Assembly (NCBI GenBank): GCA_964434605.1
Contig: CAYSVM010000001.1
Span: 54,011 to 118,010 of the forward strand
Direction: 5' to 3'
DNA length: 64,000 nucleotides
Origin: an uncultured Candidatus Saccharibacteria bacterium
Lineage (GTDB): Bacteria; Patescibacteriota; Kazan-3B-28
In this document: in pieces, positions 9,031 to 19,865 of the stretch
Layout of the letters: each line of letters starts with the position of its first letter
Numbering within the stretch: position 1 is the first letter of the stretch
Made by a program: the position numbers and the translations under genes
Notes under the pieces: generated by a model
The model's input: the letters and a program-made list of their open reading frames with translations, nothing else
Told to the model about the DNA's origin: nothing
The model's database searches: none

Positions 9031-9555
9031 ATGGCTACACAAGAGGAAATCACCCTGGGAAACTACGAAATTACCCTCCTTATTTCCCCAGAAACACAGG
9101 AGATGGACGTCCAAAAGCTGGTCGCCAAACTCCAGAACCAAATCGCCCAAAAAGGCGGACGCATCTTCTCAACAGATATGTGGGGCAAACAGCGCCTCGC
9201 CTATCCAATTGGCAAGTTCGAGTTCGGCTTCTATACCACTCTAGTTTTCTCATATCCCACCGTCGAAGTTGCCGAACTAACTAAAGATATTAAACTAATC
9301 CCCGAGGTCATTCGCTACATGGCTTTATCTCTAGAGAAGGAAGGTGTTACTCCTGAAACTCTTAAAAGAGTCGATCCCTTTAAGGAAGTCCCTATTAGCG
9401 AACATACTGCTCATCCTGTTACAGAAAGCAGACCTGTTCGTACTCGCACCCGTGCAACCGCTCCAGCTTCCGAAGCCCCCAAAGCTTCCAAAAAAGACGA
9501 AGCCACTCGCATGAAAGAGCTGGAAGAAAAACTTGGTAAATTATTAGAAGAATAA
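9031..9555 (+). CDS. rpsF: 30S ribosomal protein S6 with a C-terminal extension
   Basis: The N-terminal 100 aa have the S6 fold signature 'YEITLLISPE...GGRIFSTDMWGKQRLAYPI'. The protein is 174 aa, so it carries about 60 extra C-terminal residues. Next genes are ssb and rpsR, the conserved order. Confidence 0.9.
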   Translation: MATQEEITLGNYEITLLISPETQEMDVQKLVAKLQNQIAQKGGRIFSTDMWGKQRLAYPIGKFEFGFYTTLVFSYPTVEVAELTKDIKLIPEVIRYMALSLEKEGVTPETLKRVDPFKEVPISEHTAHPVTESRPVRTRTRATAPASEAPKASKKDEATRMKELEEKLGKLLEE

Positions 9556-9584
9556 AGGCATATTAGCCATTAAACTTTAAAACC

Positions 9585-10037
9585 ATGCGTGATCTAAACA
9601 AAGTAATGTTAATCGGGAACCTGACTCGCGACCCAGAACTCCGTTCCACCAATAGTGGCCAAACGGTTGCATCTTTCGCTGTTGCTACCAACCGCTCTTG
9701 GAATGATGCCCAAGGGAATCGCCAAGATGCTGTTGAATATATAGATGTTGTTGCTTGGGGAAAGTTAGCTGAAATCGTTGGCCAAATTTACCGCAAAGGA
9801 CGTCGCACTTACGTCGAAGGTCGTTTCCAAACTCGCAGCTGGGAACAAGATGGTATCAAGCGATACAAAACTGAAGTTATCGCTTCCGACCTTATTTTGC
9901 TCGACCGTGCACCAGCAGGCGAAGTTGCCCCTCTACAAAGCAATGCATCCACCGAAGCATCCGCCCAACCAGTAGCCGCAGTTGATCCACTTGCTACTGC
10001 CGCAGATGAAATCAATATTGAAGATATTCCATTCTAA
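9585..10037 (+). CDS. ssb: Single-stranded DNA-binding protein
   Basis: OB-fold 'VMLIGNLTRDPELR...VAWGKLAEIV' and the acidic C-terminal tip 'DIPF'. Confidence 0.9.
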   Translation: MRDLNKVMLIGNLTRDPELRSTNSGQTVASFAVATNRSWNDAQGNRQDAVEYIDVVAWGKLAEIVGQIYRKGRRTYVEGRFQTRSWEQDGIKRYKTEVIASDLILLDRAPAGEVAPLQSNASTEASAQPVAAVDPLATAADEINIEDIPF

Positions 10038-10048
10038 ACTTTCAACTT

Positions 10049-10303
10049 ATGATAAAAAAATCTACTACTAGCGTTAGCCGTCGTCGAGTCACCACCCTAA
10101 CCCCCCGAAACTACAACGTTTCTACTGACGAGCTGAACTATATTGACTACAAGAACGTCCGACTTATTCGCCGATACATGACTCGCTACATGAAGATCGA
10201 ACCGCGCCGACGTTCCGGCCTCACCGCTAAGCAACAAAGAGACATGGCAACAGCTATCAAACGTGCTCGCTACATGGCTTTTGTCCCCTACGCCCTCCGT
10301 TAA
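10049..10303 (+). CDS. rpsR: 30S ribosomal protein S18
   Basis: 'IDYKNVRLIRRYMTRYMKIEPRRRSGLTAKQQRDMATAIKRARYMAFVPY' is the S18 signature. Confidence 0.9.
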   Translation: MIKKSTTSVSRRRVTTLTPRNYNVSTDELNYIDYKNVRLIRRYMTRYMKIEPRRRSGLTAKQQRDMATAIKRARYMAFVPYALR

Positions 10304-10315
10304 AAAAACCTCCTA

Positions 10316-10927
10316 ATGAAAAAAACTATTAACAGCGTAATCGTTGGCATAGTCCTAGTACTGGTATTAGTCGGTTTAGCTTGGTTTGCCCAATATGAGG
10401 CAAACCGATTTGGTTATGGCAATAAACCATCATCCACAGAGCAACAAACCACATACACCCCTTGCCCCAGTTCTCATACGGCTGAAGGTAGAGGTTTCAG
10501 TATCTCCTGCCCTGATACATATTCATTCCTTACTAATACGGTACAAAATCAGTCCGGAGAGACAATTGATTCTTTATCTTTCGTTGATGCCTCTGGCGGA
10601 CCATGGATCTTTGCAGTAGAGGTCACAGACACGACCGAACAGTCCACTGACTCATGGTTGTCCAAGCAAACCAAGGGAAACCAATTAACCGGTGGAATCA
10701 ACTTTCTTCAATGGCAAAATGCCGGCGACAAACGTTTTGCCGTTTACATTAATTATGTTCAAGTAGACACCAACGAAGACGGTAGCCCGATCTATGGACC
10801 GTACATCCAAGCCTCCATGGTGGCCACGAACAGACTTTATACTGCCATTGGTAGAAGTGATGATTACAACAATCTAGCACCAACTAAATTTTTCTTAGAT
10901 ACCCTGTCCACCTTCAGACTTACATAG
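10316..10927 (+). CDS. Hypothetical membrane-anchored extracytoplasmic protein
   Basis: 203 aa with N-terminal TM or signal 'VIVGIVLVLVLVGLAWFA'. The remainder is Ser/Thr-rich with no motifs. Confidence 0.5.
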   Translation: MKKTINSVIVGIVLVLVLVGLAWFAQYEANRFGYGNKPSSTEQQTTYTPCPSSHTAEGRGFSISCPDTYSFLTNTVQNQSGETIDSLSFVDASGGPWIFAVEVTDTTEQSTDSWLSKQTKGNQLTGGINFLQWQNAGDKRFAVYINYVQVDTNEDGSPIYGPYIQASMVATNRLYTAIGRSDDYNNLAPTKFFLDTLSTFRLT

Positions 10928-10930
10928 ATA

Positions 10931-11491
10931 ATGCTTTCTCTTAACGAAATAAAAACGGGTGTAACTATCGAGCTCGAAGGAGCTCCATATGAAGTAGTCA
11001 AATACCAGCATTCCAAAATGGGACGTGGAGGTGCTGTTTTACGTACTACTCTCAAGAACCTTTTAACCGGGAACAATATCGAACGCACTTTCCACGGTGA
11101 AGAAAAATTCAATCCTGTAAATCTAGAACGCCATAAAGCTCAATTCCTTTATCGCCAAGGATCCGATTTTGTCTTTATGGATAGCCAAAACTTTGATCAG
11201 TTCAATATCGGTAGTTCCGTTATTGGATTTGCCAGTAATTTTTTGAAAGATGGCCAAGAAGTAGACCTTATCTTCTACAACGGACAACCAATCAACACTC
11301 AATTGCCAACCAAAATGCCCTTCAAAGTTATCGAAGCAGAACCCGCTGTTAGAGGCGATACCGCAACAAACCCACAAAAAAATATTACTATCGAAACTGG
11401 CATGATCCTGCGAGCTCCAATGTTCATCAATGCTGGTAATACAATTCTGGTAGATACTAGAGATGGTTCATACATCGAGAGAGCAAAATAA
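10931..11491 (+). CDS. efp: Elongation factor P
   Basis: 186 aa. The N-terminal KOW-like domain 'IKTGVTIELEGAPYEVVKYQHSKMGRGGAVLRT' has the conserved modified-loop Lys/Arg region and three-domain EF-P architecture. Confidence 0.9.
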   Translation: MLSLNEIKTGVTIELEGAPYEVVKYQHSKMGRGGAVLRTTLKNLLTGNNIERTFHGEEKFNPVNLERHKAQFLYRQGSDFVFMDSQNFDQFNIGSSVIGFASNFLKDGQEVDLIFYNGQPINTQLPTKMPFKVIEAEPAVRGDTATNPQKNITIETGMILRAPMFINAGNTILVDTRDGSYIERAK

Positions 11492-12585
11492 TGTCTCTTA
11501 AAATCGGCATCGTTGGTCTTCCCAACGTCGGAAAATCCACCCTCTTCAACGCTCTACTTGGTGTAAACCAAGCAGCTGCTTCTAATTTTCCCTTCTGTAC
11601 AATCGAACCTAATACTGGAATCGTCCCTGTTCCAGACAGCAGATTAGCCAAACTCGCAGAACTGGAACACTCCGCACAAACAGTACCCGCTACTGTTGAA
11701 TTTGTAGATATTGCTGGACTTGTAAAGGGCGCTTCTCAGGGCGAGGGTTTGGGAAACCAATTTCTTTCCCATATCCGCGAGGTAGATGCCATTGTCGAGG
11801 TAGTACGTCTTTTCATAGATAGTTATGTAACCCATGTCAGCGGTGACATCTCCCCCAAAGATGACATTGAAATAATTAACACAGAGCTAATTTTAGCCGA
11901 CCTCCAGAATATCGAAAAACGCCTTCCCAAAGAAGAGAAGGCTGCTCGTGGTGATGCCAAACTCCAACCCAAAGTTAATTTCTTCATCCGAGTCCAAAAA
12001 CATTTAGAAGAAGGTTTTTCCGCTCGCTCTCTCGCTCTTTCGGGAGACGAATCAGTTTGGCTAAAAGAACTTCAGCTCATCTCCGCCAAACCCATCCTAT
12101 ATGTTGCTAACATCAGTGGAAGTCAAATGAGCAACACTGATTCCTTGCTCGCCCCCCTTCATGAATTGGCCACTCGAGATAAGGCTGAAATTATCGCCAT
12201 CGATGCCAAAACCGAAGCCGAAGTTACTGAACTAACCCTAGAGGAACGCGTCGACTATCTTCATGAAGCTGAAATTTCTGAATCTGGTTTAGATAAAGTT
12301 ATCCGAGCCGGGTACAGCCTCCTTGGACTGATTACCTTCTTTACCGCAGGAGAAAAAGAAGCCCGTGGATGGACTATTCATGCAGGCGATACTGCTCCGA
12401 TTGCCGCTGGTACAATTCATACTGATTTTACTAAAGGATTCATCCGCGCTGAAACCGTCGCTTACGATGACTTCATAAACAACGGTGGCTGGACTGGCGC
12501 TAAACAAGCTGGCAAAGTTAGAAGTGAAGGTAAGGAATATGTCGTCAAAGATGGAGACGTGCTTCTCTTCCGCTTTAATGTGTAG
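11491..12585 (+). CDS. ychF: Ribosome-binding ATPase YchF (Obg-family GTPase)
   Basis: 'KIGIVGLPNVGKSTLFNAL' P-loop, G-domain and C-terminal TGS domain, 364 aa. Confidence 0.95.
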   Translation: MSLKIGIVGLPNVGKSTLFNALLGVNQAAASNFPFCTIEPNTGIVPVPDSRLAKLAELEHSAQTVPATVEFVDIAGLVKGASQGEGLGNQFLSHIREVDAIVEVVRLFIDSYVTHVSGDISPKDDIEIINTELILADLQNIEKRLPKEEKAARGDAKLQPKVNFFIRVQKHLEEGFSARSLALSGDESVWLKELQLISAKPILYVANISGSQMSNTDSLLAPLHELATRDKAEIIAIDAKTEAEVTELTLEERVDYLHEAEISESGLDKVIRAGYSLLGLITFFTAGEKEARGWTIHAGDTAPIAAGTIHTDFTKGFIRAETVAYDDFINNGGWTGAKQAGKVRSEGKEYVVKDGDVLLFRFNV

Positions 12586-13669
12586 ACATCGCCTTCACGG
12601 CAGCAACTGCTTTTGATATCACCCACTTCCAAACTGTTACCAACCATCCACTTCTCTGAGTGGGACTTTCTTTAATAACCGACGGAGCTACCGGAGTGGT
12701 CTTAGTCGGTGCTTTCTTCGCGATTGATTGACCAGTCGAAGATCCCGTCCGTACTGTTACTTTAATATTAACCTTCGTATTCGGAAACCAAGTAATGTAT
12801 TCCGCTACCATAGCGAACTGCGTACTATAAACTCCTGGGCTTAGTGGAGCCTCTATCTTCAGATTGAACCAACCCGTCCCTCTCGTATCCAGTTTTCCTA
12901 AACCATCAGCGGATTCAATCACTGCTGCTCGGTTAAACTTAATCCATTCATTACTAGATAGCGTACTAGGACGATCATCTACTACTCCCAACCTTATCGG
13001 ATTGTTTGTTCCAGCCCCATACCAAACCGCATTACCAACATTAGTTACATCAACTCTAATTACACTCTGCTCACCCGGTAATAGGGTTACCGCATAAGTC
13101 TGCTTCAAAATTCTAGCCCTATAATCAGCTGCTTTCCAAATTGTAGTAGGTGGAGTTGGTAAAATAGGCTGTGGCTCATACGTAATACCACCACCACCTC
13201 CACCACCTCCCGGTAGCTGTGGAATAACTGCTGCTACAAGACTAAACACAGTATCGCTCACATCGTTTATAGACGGATCTCCTACTTTACTAACCCGAAT
13301 ACTAGCAGTTGTAGTAACAGAACCAGTTGCTGTCCAAGAATAAGTTCCATCATTAGCAGTTGATGCAGTAATCGTTTCCCAGCTTCCTCCAACCGAACGT
13401 TGTAATTCAATTTTTACATCTGTAATCGTAAGAGTGACAGTCCAAGTAATATTCTGACTAGTTCCAATAGTCCAACTTTCCCCACCATTCGGAGATGAAA
13501 CCGAAATTACTTCTCCACCCGGTGGCAAAACTGTCACCGATAAAGTTAATGCTCCACTCGTACCTGCTTGTGCCCACAGGCTCCCTAACCCAACTATCCC
13601 TATCGCTAAAACAGCACACAGCTCGCGCTCTAGCCATTGCAACAGGTTGTGTAACTTGGGATTAATCAT
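12575..13669 (-). CDS. Secreted surface protein, tandem paralog A (Ig-like N-domain, poly-Gly linker, C-terminal conserved beta-sandwich repeat)
   Basis: Signal peptide '...LLQWLERELCAVLAIGIVGLGSLWAQA', the 'PNGGESWTIGTSQNITW' domain, a 'GGGGGGGG' linker, and a C-terminal repeat shared with 13683-15023 and the SpoIID protein. Confidence 0.7.
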   Translation of the reverse strand: MINPKLHNLLQWLERELCAVLAIGIVGLGSLWAQAGTSGALTLSVTVLPPGGEVISVSSPNGGESWTIGTSQNITWTVTLTITDVKIELQRSVGGSWETITASTANDGTYSWTATGSVTTTASIRVSKVGDPSINDVSDTVFSLVAAVIPQLPGGGGGGGGITYEPQPILPTPPTTIWKAADYRARILKQTYAVTLLPGEQSVIRVDVTNVGNAVWYGAGTNNPIRLGVVDDRPSTLSSNEWIKFNRAAVIESADGLGKLDTRGTGWFNLKIEAPLSPGVYSTQFAMVAEYITWFPNTKVNIKVTVRTGSSTGQSIAKKAPTKTTPVAPSVIKESPTQRSGWLVTVWKWVISKAVAAVKAMSTH

Positions 13670-13682
13670 TAGGTTATATTAC

Positions 13683-15023
13683 TTACCGACTCCATAGACC
13701 CTTAAATTTACCCAGCAATTGGTTGAACAAACCGCCAAGATTTCTTAAAAATCTTTCAGTTTGGTCGTAAAATTCCGCTGGTCCAGCAGGAAGATTTGGC
13801 ATCGTAAAGATTGAACCAGTCTTTCCTCCAGTTGACTTTTGCACTGTAGAAGTGCTGACCGGTTTAGGCAACACCACAAATTCCCAACTCACCGTCCCAT
13901 CCATCCATTGCAAATACTCGGCTACTGGCTGAAAATATTCCACATATGTACCAGCCTTTTGAGGAGCCCTGACTTTGAATACAAATCTCCCTATCTCTCC
14001 CGGGCTAATAACTTGCTTGCCTTTCAATCCTGGTTTCTGAACATTAGCGGGACGATTGCGTAAAATCCAGCTGCTTCTCCAAAAAACGCTTTTCCTATCA
14101 CGAGGCTGCGAAGTCCCTAATCGGGTTGTATTTCTGCCGTAAGTCCGCCATTCGGTCGTTCCAGTATTTAAAAGCTTCACCCATACTTCTACATCCCGGC
14201 CAGCCTTCAGTTGCACTCTAGATTCCGACTGATTAATTAACTTAGCGGCATAATATAACCCCTCAACTTTTATCTTCTTGTCCCAAGTTGCCAATGTGCC
14301 ATTACTGTTATACACAGCTAAGATATATTCACCTGGACGAAAACCTTTTGACACCTTTAGCCGAACATGAGAATGATTGCCCGTCCATAACATTCTCAAA
14401 TTAGAATCCCCCAACTTAAAAACTGTATCGTATTCAAAGTTGGAACCAAACACATCCAATATCACTTCTGTCGTGTTCACAAATGAACTTGGAGTCACAT
14501 TCAGAAGAGTGGGGTAGAACACAAAAGTACCATTACCGCCACCACCAGGAGTCGATATTACAGGGGGAACCATTGCATCAGTAATAGCAAATACCCCATT
14601 ACTAACATCCATAATGGCTGGGTTTGTGGCATCACTGATTTTAACTATTGCAGTAGTAGTAACTGCTCCAGTAACCACCCATGGATAACTAGCCGGAATA
14701 ACTGCTACTGATGCCACGATTGTTTCCCAAGCGCCACCAGTAGTTCGTTGCAGCTCCAGTTTAACATCGGTTATCCCTGCACCCGCAACCCATTCGATAT
14801 TGTGTGAAGTTCCGATCTTCCAGCTTTCACCTCCATTAGGTACATTAAGCTGAAGCGTACCAGGTGCAGGAAGGATACTAATAGAAGTCGCTACATCAAT
14901 GGTTGTTCTCGCTTGAGCAGCCCACACCAAGCCACCGACTAAAACTAGAAATGCTAAAATCGTACACAGCTCACGCTCTAGCCATTGCAATAATTTATGA
15001 CGATTGAAGCTGATTTTCATCAA
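13683..15023 (-). CDS. Secreted surface protein, tandem paralog B
   Basis: Same N-terminal leader 'KLLQWLERELCTILAFLVLVGGLVWAAQA', the 'PNGGESWKIGTSHNIEW' domain, 'GGGGNG' linkers, and a C-terminal 'SxFWRSSWILRNRP...PGE.GRFVFKVRAP..GTYVEYFQPVAEY..W' repeat. Confidence 0.7.
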   Translation of the reverse strand: MMKISFNRHKLLQWLERELCTILAFLVLVGGLVWAAQARTTIDVATSISILPAPGTLQLNVPNGGESWKIGTSHNIEWVAGAGITDVKLELQRTTGGAWETIVASVAVIPASYPWVVTGAVTTTAIVKISDATNPAIMDVSNGVFAITDAMVPPVISTPGGGGNGTFVFYPTLLNVTPSSFVNTTEVILDVFGSNFEYDTVFKLGDSNLRMLWTGNHSHVRLKVSKGFRPGEYILAVYNSNGTLATWDKKIKVEGLYYAAKLINQSESRVQLKAGRDVEVWVKLLNTGTTEWRTYGRNTTRLGTSQPRDRKSVFWRSSWILRNRPANVQKPGLKGKQVISPGEIGRFVFKVRAPQKAGTYVEYFQPVAEYLQWMDGTVSWEFVVLPKPVSTSTVQKSTGGKTGSIFTMPNLPAGPAEFYDQTERFLRNLGGLFNQLLGKFKGLWSR

Positions 15024-15109
15024 GCTGTTTTTGTTTTAATTTTATTGTCCATTATACCACAAAATCTGCTTTCAGTCAAGAAAGTAGTCTTTTAATCAAC
15101 TACTGTAAT

Positions 15110-16081
15110 TTACGTAACTCTTCTTCTCTCCTGATACTTATCCTTTGGCATTGTGAAGATCATTTTGCCTGCTACAGTCTGAAAGACCCTAGTAACCACC
15201 ACTTCAATTTCCTGTCCAATAGACCTATCTCCCCCTTCTACCACCACCATTGTGCCATCATCTAGATAGCCTACGCCCTGACCAACATCTTTTCCAGACT
15301 GTATTACCCTAAGCTTCATCGCTTCTCCAGGTAATACTACTGGACGAAGAGCGTTGTTAAGTTCGTTGATATTCAAAACGACCACGTTCTGGATTCTTGC
15401 CACCCGATTAAGATTGTAGTCCACTGTCATTAACCGAGCATGATATTTCTTGGCTAAACGAATAATCTTTGAATCCACATCGGGTTCAGTTACAAAATCA
15501 TCATCCACTACATCCAATTGGACACTACGCTCATGCCTAAGTTCATCTAACACTTCTAATCCTCTTCTACCCTTATTGCGTCGGATAACTTCTTCGGAAT
15601 CTGCCACCAACTGCAACTCGTCCAAAACAAATCTTGGTAATACTAACTTTCCCGAAACAAACCCAATCTTTACGAGATCTGCGATTCTCCCATCGATAAT
15701 CACACTAGTATCGAGAACTATTCCCCCTTCCACCAACCCGCCCGGAGTATCTCTCCGCAACTTTTTTGTTTCTTTCACTAAAGTATCCATCAATGAAAAA
15801 AGTTGAGTCAGAGAAGCCCCAATCTTTTCCCTTTGATTGTAAAAGAAAGTGGTAGTTAAAGCTACCGCAAAAATGTTTACCAGTAATGGCAACCAGACTC
15901 CCCACACCCCTGACATTTTCGCAAGCGGTAAGGAAACTAGCGTTCCGATAGAAAGCCCCACTATCACCCCGAGTAACGTCATCACAAACACCGATGATGG
16001 AATCATCGATATCTTCTTTGCTATCACCACATAAACCACGAGGAATAATAGTAGCGCACCAATAAGAATCTGCCAGATCAT
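15110..16081 (-). CDS. PIN/TRAM-domain membrane protein (YacL-like)
   Basis: Two N-terminal TM helices, a PIN domain 'GIVLDTSVIIDGRI', and a C-terminal TRAM-like beta-barrel. It sits beside clpC, as yacL does in Firmicutes. Confidence 0.75.
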   Translation of the reverse strand: MIWQILIGALLLFLVVYVVIAKKISMIPSSVFVMTLLGVIVGLSIGTLVSLPLAKMSGVWGVWLPLLVNIFAVALTTTFFYNQREKIGASLTQLFSLMDTLVKETKKLRRDTPGGLVEGGIVLDTSVIIDGRIADLVKIGFVSGKLVLPRFVLDELQLVADSEEVIRRNKGRRGLEVLDELRHERSVQLDVVDDDFVTEPDVDSKIIRLAKKYHARLMTVDYNLNRVARIQNVVVLNINELNNALRPVVLPGEAMKLRVIQSGKDVGQGVGYLDDGTMVVVEGGDRSIGQEIEVVVTRVFQTVAGKMIFTMPKDKYQERRRVT

Positions 16082-16128
16082 AAACTAATTGTTTAGATAA
16101 ATCCTAATAAAACCAAAGATAAGTCCCC

Positions 16129-18621
16129 CTACACCGCTGCTTTTACTCGCGCTTTTGCCCGAGCCAAGCTCAAAACCAACTTGTCATCTACTTGCTCAAC
16201 TTTTACTGTCGAGCCCTTAACAAACTGTTTTGCCAAAATTCCTTCTGCTAATCGATCTTCTATCATTGTTTGAATCAATCTTCTGACAGGCCTCGCACCA
16301 AGCTCTGGCTCAAAACCATGCTCTACAATCCATTTCCTAGCACCAGTTCCCACGTCTAACTTTATCTTCTGCCTATCCAGTCTCTTCATTAAATCATTGA
16401 GCTGCAATTCGACAATCTTCTCAATCTCTACCGAACCAAGCGCTTTGAAAACGATAACCTTATCAAATCGATTCACAAGCTCTGGACGGAACCTTTTCTT
16501 CACTTCATCCAAAACCTGCTCTTTGATTTTGCCATAATCCTGCACTACATCTGCCCCGCGACTAAATCCCAAAACCGCATGCCGATTCAGTGCTTCCGTT
16601 CCGACATTAGAAGTAAGGATAACGATAGTATTTCTAAAACTCACTCTTCTACCCTTAGCGTCAGTTAGCGATCCGTCTTCAAGCATCTGCAATAAAATAT
16701 TCATCACTTCCGGATGTGCCTTTTCTACTTCATCCATCAGCACCACAGAATATGGCTTGCGCCGCACTGCTTCAGTAAGTTTACCCGCCTCTTCGTAACC
16801 GACATATCCAGGAGGAGCACCGACTAACCGAGAGACAGTATGTCGCTCACTAAACTCACTCATATCCATTTTTATCAAAGCATCCCTGTCTCTAAAGACT
16901 TCTTCAGCCAACACTTTTGCAAGTTCAGTCTTTCCAACTCCGGTTGGACCCAAAAACAGAAATGATCCCATTGGTCGATCTGGATTACCAATATCTACTC
17001 TTGAACGCTTAATCGCAGACGCCACTGCCTCCACCGCCTCGTCTTGTCCAATAATCCGACTCCTTAAAATATTGTCTAAGTCCTGCAATCTTTCAATTTC
17101 ATCAGCCGCCAAATTACCCACTGGAATGTTGGTCCATTGGGAAACAACCTTAGCGATATCTTTGTCGTCAACCTTCGGCCAACCAGTCTTCTTGCCATCG
17201 TGATGCTGTTTTGAAAGCGTTTCTATCTTTTTCTTTAGCCGGATCTCAGCTCCACGCAATTTAGCTGCCGTTTCATAATCCTGGATATCTATTGCTTCTT
17301 CTTTCTGAGCAGTTATCTTAGCTAACTCTTCTTTTTCAGTGTTGGCTAATTCTGGCTCACTTATTCCCGAAGAAATTCTTACTGCCGAAGCTGCTTCATC
17401 AATTAAGTCTATCGCCTTGTCCGGCAAAAAACGATCGTTGATATAACGCACAGAAAGATTCACAGCTGCCTCGATAGATTTATCAGTAATATTTACTTTG
17501 TGATAATTTTCATAATTCTTCCGAACACCTTTAATAATTTTTATCGTGTCGTCAGCCGTTGGTTCGCTAACCATTACTGGCTGAAAACGTCTTTCCAAAG
17601 CAGCATCTTTTTCAATATGCTTACGATATTCGTCCAAAGTTGTAGCACCTATCATCTGCAAAGCCCCCCGAGCTAATGCCGGCTTCAATATATTAGCTGC
17701 GTCTAAACTTCCCTCCGCACTTCCAGCACCAACCAATGTATGAAGCTCATCTACAAACAAAATTACATCAGCTGCTTTGCCAACCTCATCTACCATCTGA
17801 TTTATTCTATCCTCGAACTCTCCCCTATATTTAGTTCCAGCTACCATAGCAGATGGGTTAATCGCCATGATTCTTTTTTTCTTCAAATTCTCAGGCACAT
17901 TACCATCCCGCACCATAAGGGCCAAACCTTCTGCAATTGCAGTTTTACCAATTCCCGGTTCGCCTAACAATACAGGATTATTCTTAGTACGACGATTCAA
18001 TATTTGTATGACCCGAGCTATCTCCTGATCCCTCCCTATTACCGGATCAATCTTTCCTTCTCTTGCCATATTGGTAATATCTACACTGAATTGATCAAGA
18101 ATTGGAGTAGTACTCTTACCGTCTCCACTTCCTTCTGTAGCTCCAACCCGAACCCGAGGTTCACGTTCACGGTTTGCTTCCATAAGTGATGCGACTTGAG
18201 TTGCCACTACACCCGGATCAAGACCCAATTCTAGTAAAATAGCATACGCACGACTTCCTCGATTCTGTGCCATTGCAAACAACAAATGTTCTGTTCCTAT
18301 ATAAAAACTTCCATATTGAGCTGCCACCAACACGGCCCCCTCGATGGATCTTTTTGCATTATCAGTCAATCCAACCCTCTGTCCAGATCCTCGCTGCACT
18401 AGACCCATCATCATTTCGACTCGCTCTCCGCTTACACCCAAACTACTCAACACCTCGTAAGCCGAACCACTCCGAACATTTAACATAGCAAGCAACAAAT
18501 GTTCACTACCCAAATGTGCGTCGCCTAAATCACGTGCCAACTTCTGGGCATTGGTTAATACCTTTTTAGCATTAGTGGTGAATTTGTCTAAGAAATAATT
18601 ATCCATAATCTCCCCCCTCAC
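16129..18621 (-). CDS. clpC: ATP-dependent Clp protease ATP-binding subunit ClpC
   Basis: Clp_N repeats, two AAA+ modules (Walker A 'GEPGIGKT' and 'GPTGVGKT'), and a UVR-like linker '[20 protein letters not shown]'. Confidence 0.9.
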   Translation of the reverse strand: MRGEIMDNYFLDKFTTNAKKVLTNAQKLARDLGDAHLGSEHLLLAMLNVRSGSAYEVLSSLGVSGERVEMMMGLVQRGSGQRVGLTDNAKRSIEGAVLVAAQYGSFYIGTEHLLFAMAQNRGSRAYAILLELGLDPGVVATQVASLMEANREREPRVRVGATEGSGDGKSTTPILDQFSVDITNMAREGKIDPVIGRDQEIARVIQILNRRTKNNPVLLGEPGIGKTAIAEGLALMVRDGNVPENLKKKRIMAINPSAMVAGTKYRGEFEDRINQMVDEVGKAADVILFVDELHTLVGAGSAEGSLDAANILKPALARGALQMIGATTLDEYRKHIEKDAALERRFQPVMVSEPTADDTIKIIKGVRKNYENYHKVNITDKSIEAAVNLSVRYINDRFLPDKAIDLIDEAASAVRISSGISEPELANTEKEELAKITAQKEEAIDIQDYETAAKLRGAEIRLKKKIETLSKQHHDGKKTGWPKVDDKDIAKVVSQWTNIPVGNLAADEIERLQDLDNILRSRIIGQDEAVEAVASAIKRSRVDIGNPDRPMGSFLFLGPTGVGKTELAKVLAEEVFRDRDALIKMDMSEFSERHTVSRLVGAPPGYVGYEEAGKLTEAVRRKPYSVVLMDEVEKAHPEVMNILLQMLEDGSLTDAKGRRVSFRNTIVILTSNVGTEALNRHAVLGFSRGADVVQDYGKIKEQVLDEVKKRFRPELVNRFDKVIVFKALGSVEIEKIVELQLNDLMKRLDRQKIKLDVGTGARKWIVEHGFEPELGARPVRRLIQTMIEDRLAEGILAKQFVKGSTVKVEQVDDKLVLSLARAKARVKAAV

Positions 18622-18627
18622 CCCGTT

Positions 18628-19764
18628 TTAGACTTCTGGCTCATCTCCAGTCGATTCCTCACTTGGCTTCTCCTTTTCCATAGGCAACACTTCCTCTGTC
18701 TCTTCTGTTTCGTCCTCCGAATGACCAAGCGCGTGACTACCTTTTTCTACCTCGATCTGCCATCCAGTTAGTTTGCTTGCCAATCTTACGTTCTGGCCAG
18801 CCTTACCAATTGCCAAAGACAGTTGGTCTTCTTCCACTTTAATTAGTGCTGAATGATTTTCCTCATCCAGTACCACTTCCTTGATCTTAGCTGGAGACAG
18901 TGCGTTGATAATATATTGTTTGGGATCCTCACCCCATAGAACAATATCTATTTTTTCTTCTCCAATTTCCGCCATTACTGCCTGAACCCTAACTCCCCGT
19001 CTTCCTACCAAAGAACCTACCGGATCCACTGCTTCTTGCAAAGAATGAACTGCAACTTTTGAGCGAACCCCCGCCTCTCTGGCAACTCCTTTTATCTCTA
19101 CCGTTCCACCAGCAATCTCTGGAACCTCCATTTCAAATAGACGGGCGATCATCTGTGGATGAGAACGAGACAAAAGAACTTGTGGTTCCTTACCAGAATC
19201 ATCAACCTTTACGATATAAAATTTCATTCTCTGACCAGAGTAATAATGATCAGTCCTAGATTGTTCGGATGGAAATAAAATACCAGTCGACTTTCCAATA
19301 TCCACCATTACCACATTTCCCTCTACTCGTTGGATAGTTCCGTTAATCAGCTGGCCTTCTTTTTCTTTGTATTCTTGGAATATCATTGTTCTTTCCGCTT
19401 CTCGCAATCTTTGCAAAATAACCTGCTTAGCAGTTTGTGCTGCAACCCGACCATATTCCGCTGGAGGAAAAACTTCTTCACGAATCTCTCCGCCAACTTC
19501 GGCCTTCTTATCCATCTTCTTAGCATCTTTTAGAGAAATTTCCTTTACCGGATCCTCTACTTCTTCCACTATTTTATGCACCACAAAAAGACGAGCTTTT
19601 TCACTCTTGGGATCCATCTGTGCAACCACCAATTGCTCTTTCTGACCAAAATCTTTTCGATACGCAGCTGCCAATGCCGCCTCTACTGTCTCCAAGACAG
19701 CTTCTCTAGAAATCCCTTTTTCTTCTGCGATCTGCATGATCGCTGCCATAAATTCAGATGCCAT
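18628..19764 (-). CDS. nusA: Transcription termination/antitermination factor NusA
   Basis: N-terminal domain, an S1 domain and two KH domains, 378 aa with an acidic C-terminus. Confidence 0.9.
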   Translation of the reverse strand: MASEFMAAIMQIAEEKGISREAVLETVEAALAAAYRKDFGQKEQLVVAQMDPKSEKARLFVVHKIVEEVEDPVKEISLKDAKKMDKKAEVGGEIREEVFPPAEYGRVAAQTAKQVILQRLREAERTMIFQEYKEKEGQLINGTIQRVEGNVVMVDIGKSTGILFPSEQSRTDHYYSGQRMKFYIVKVDDSGKEPQVLLSRSHPQMIARLFEMEVPEIAGGTVEIKGVAREAGVRSKVAVHSLQEAVDPVGSLVGRRGVRVQAVMAEIGEEKIDIVLWGEDPKQYIINALSPAKIKEVVLDEENHSALIKVEEDQLSLAIGKAGQNVRLASKLTGWQIEVEKGSHALGHSEDETEETEEVLPMEKEKPSEESTGDEPEV

Positions 19765-19865
19765 AAGACTATCCTTTATCTAACTACTATACCTATCATA
19801 AACCAGCAGGCTTGAGTATCAAACCCGCTCATAACAACGCCCACACTATACAAAAAACTACCCCC

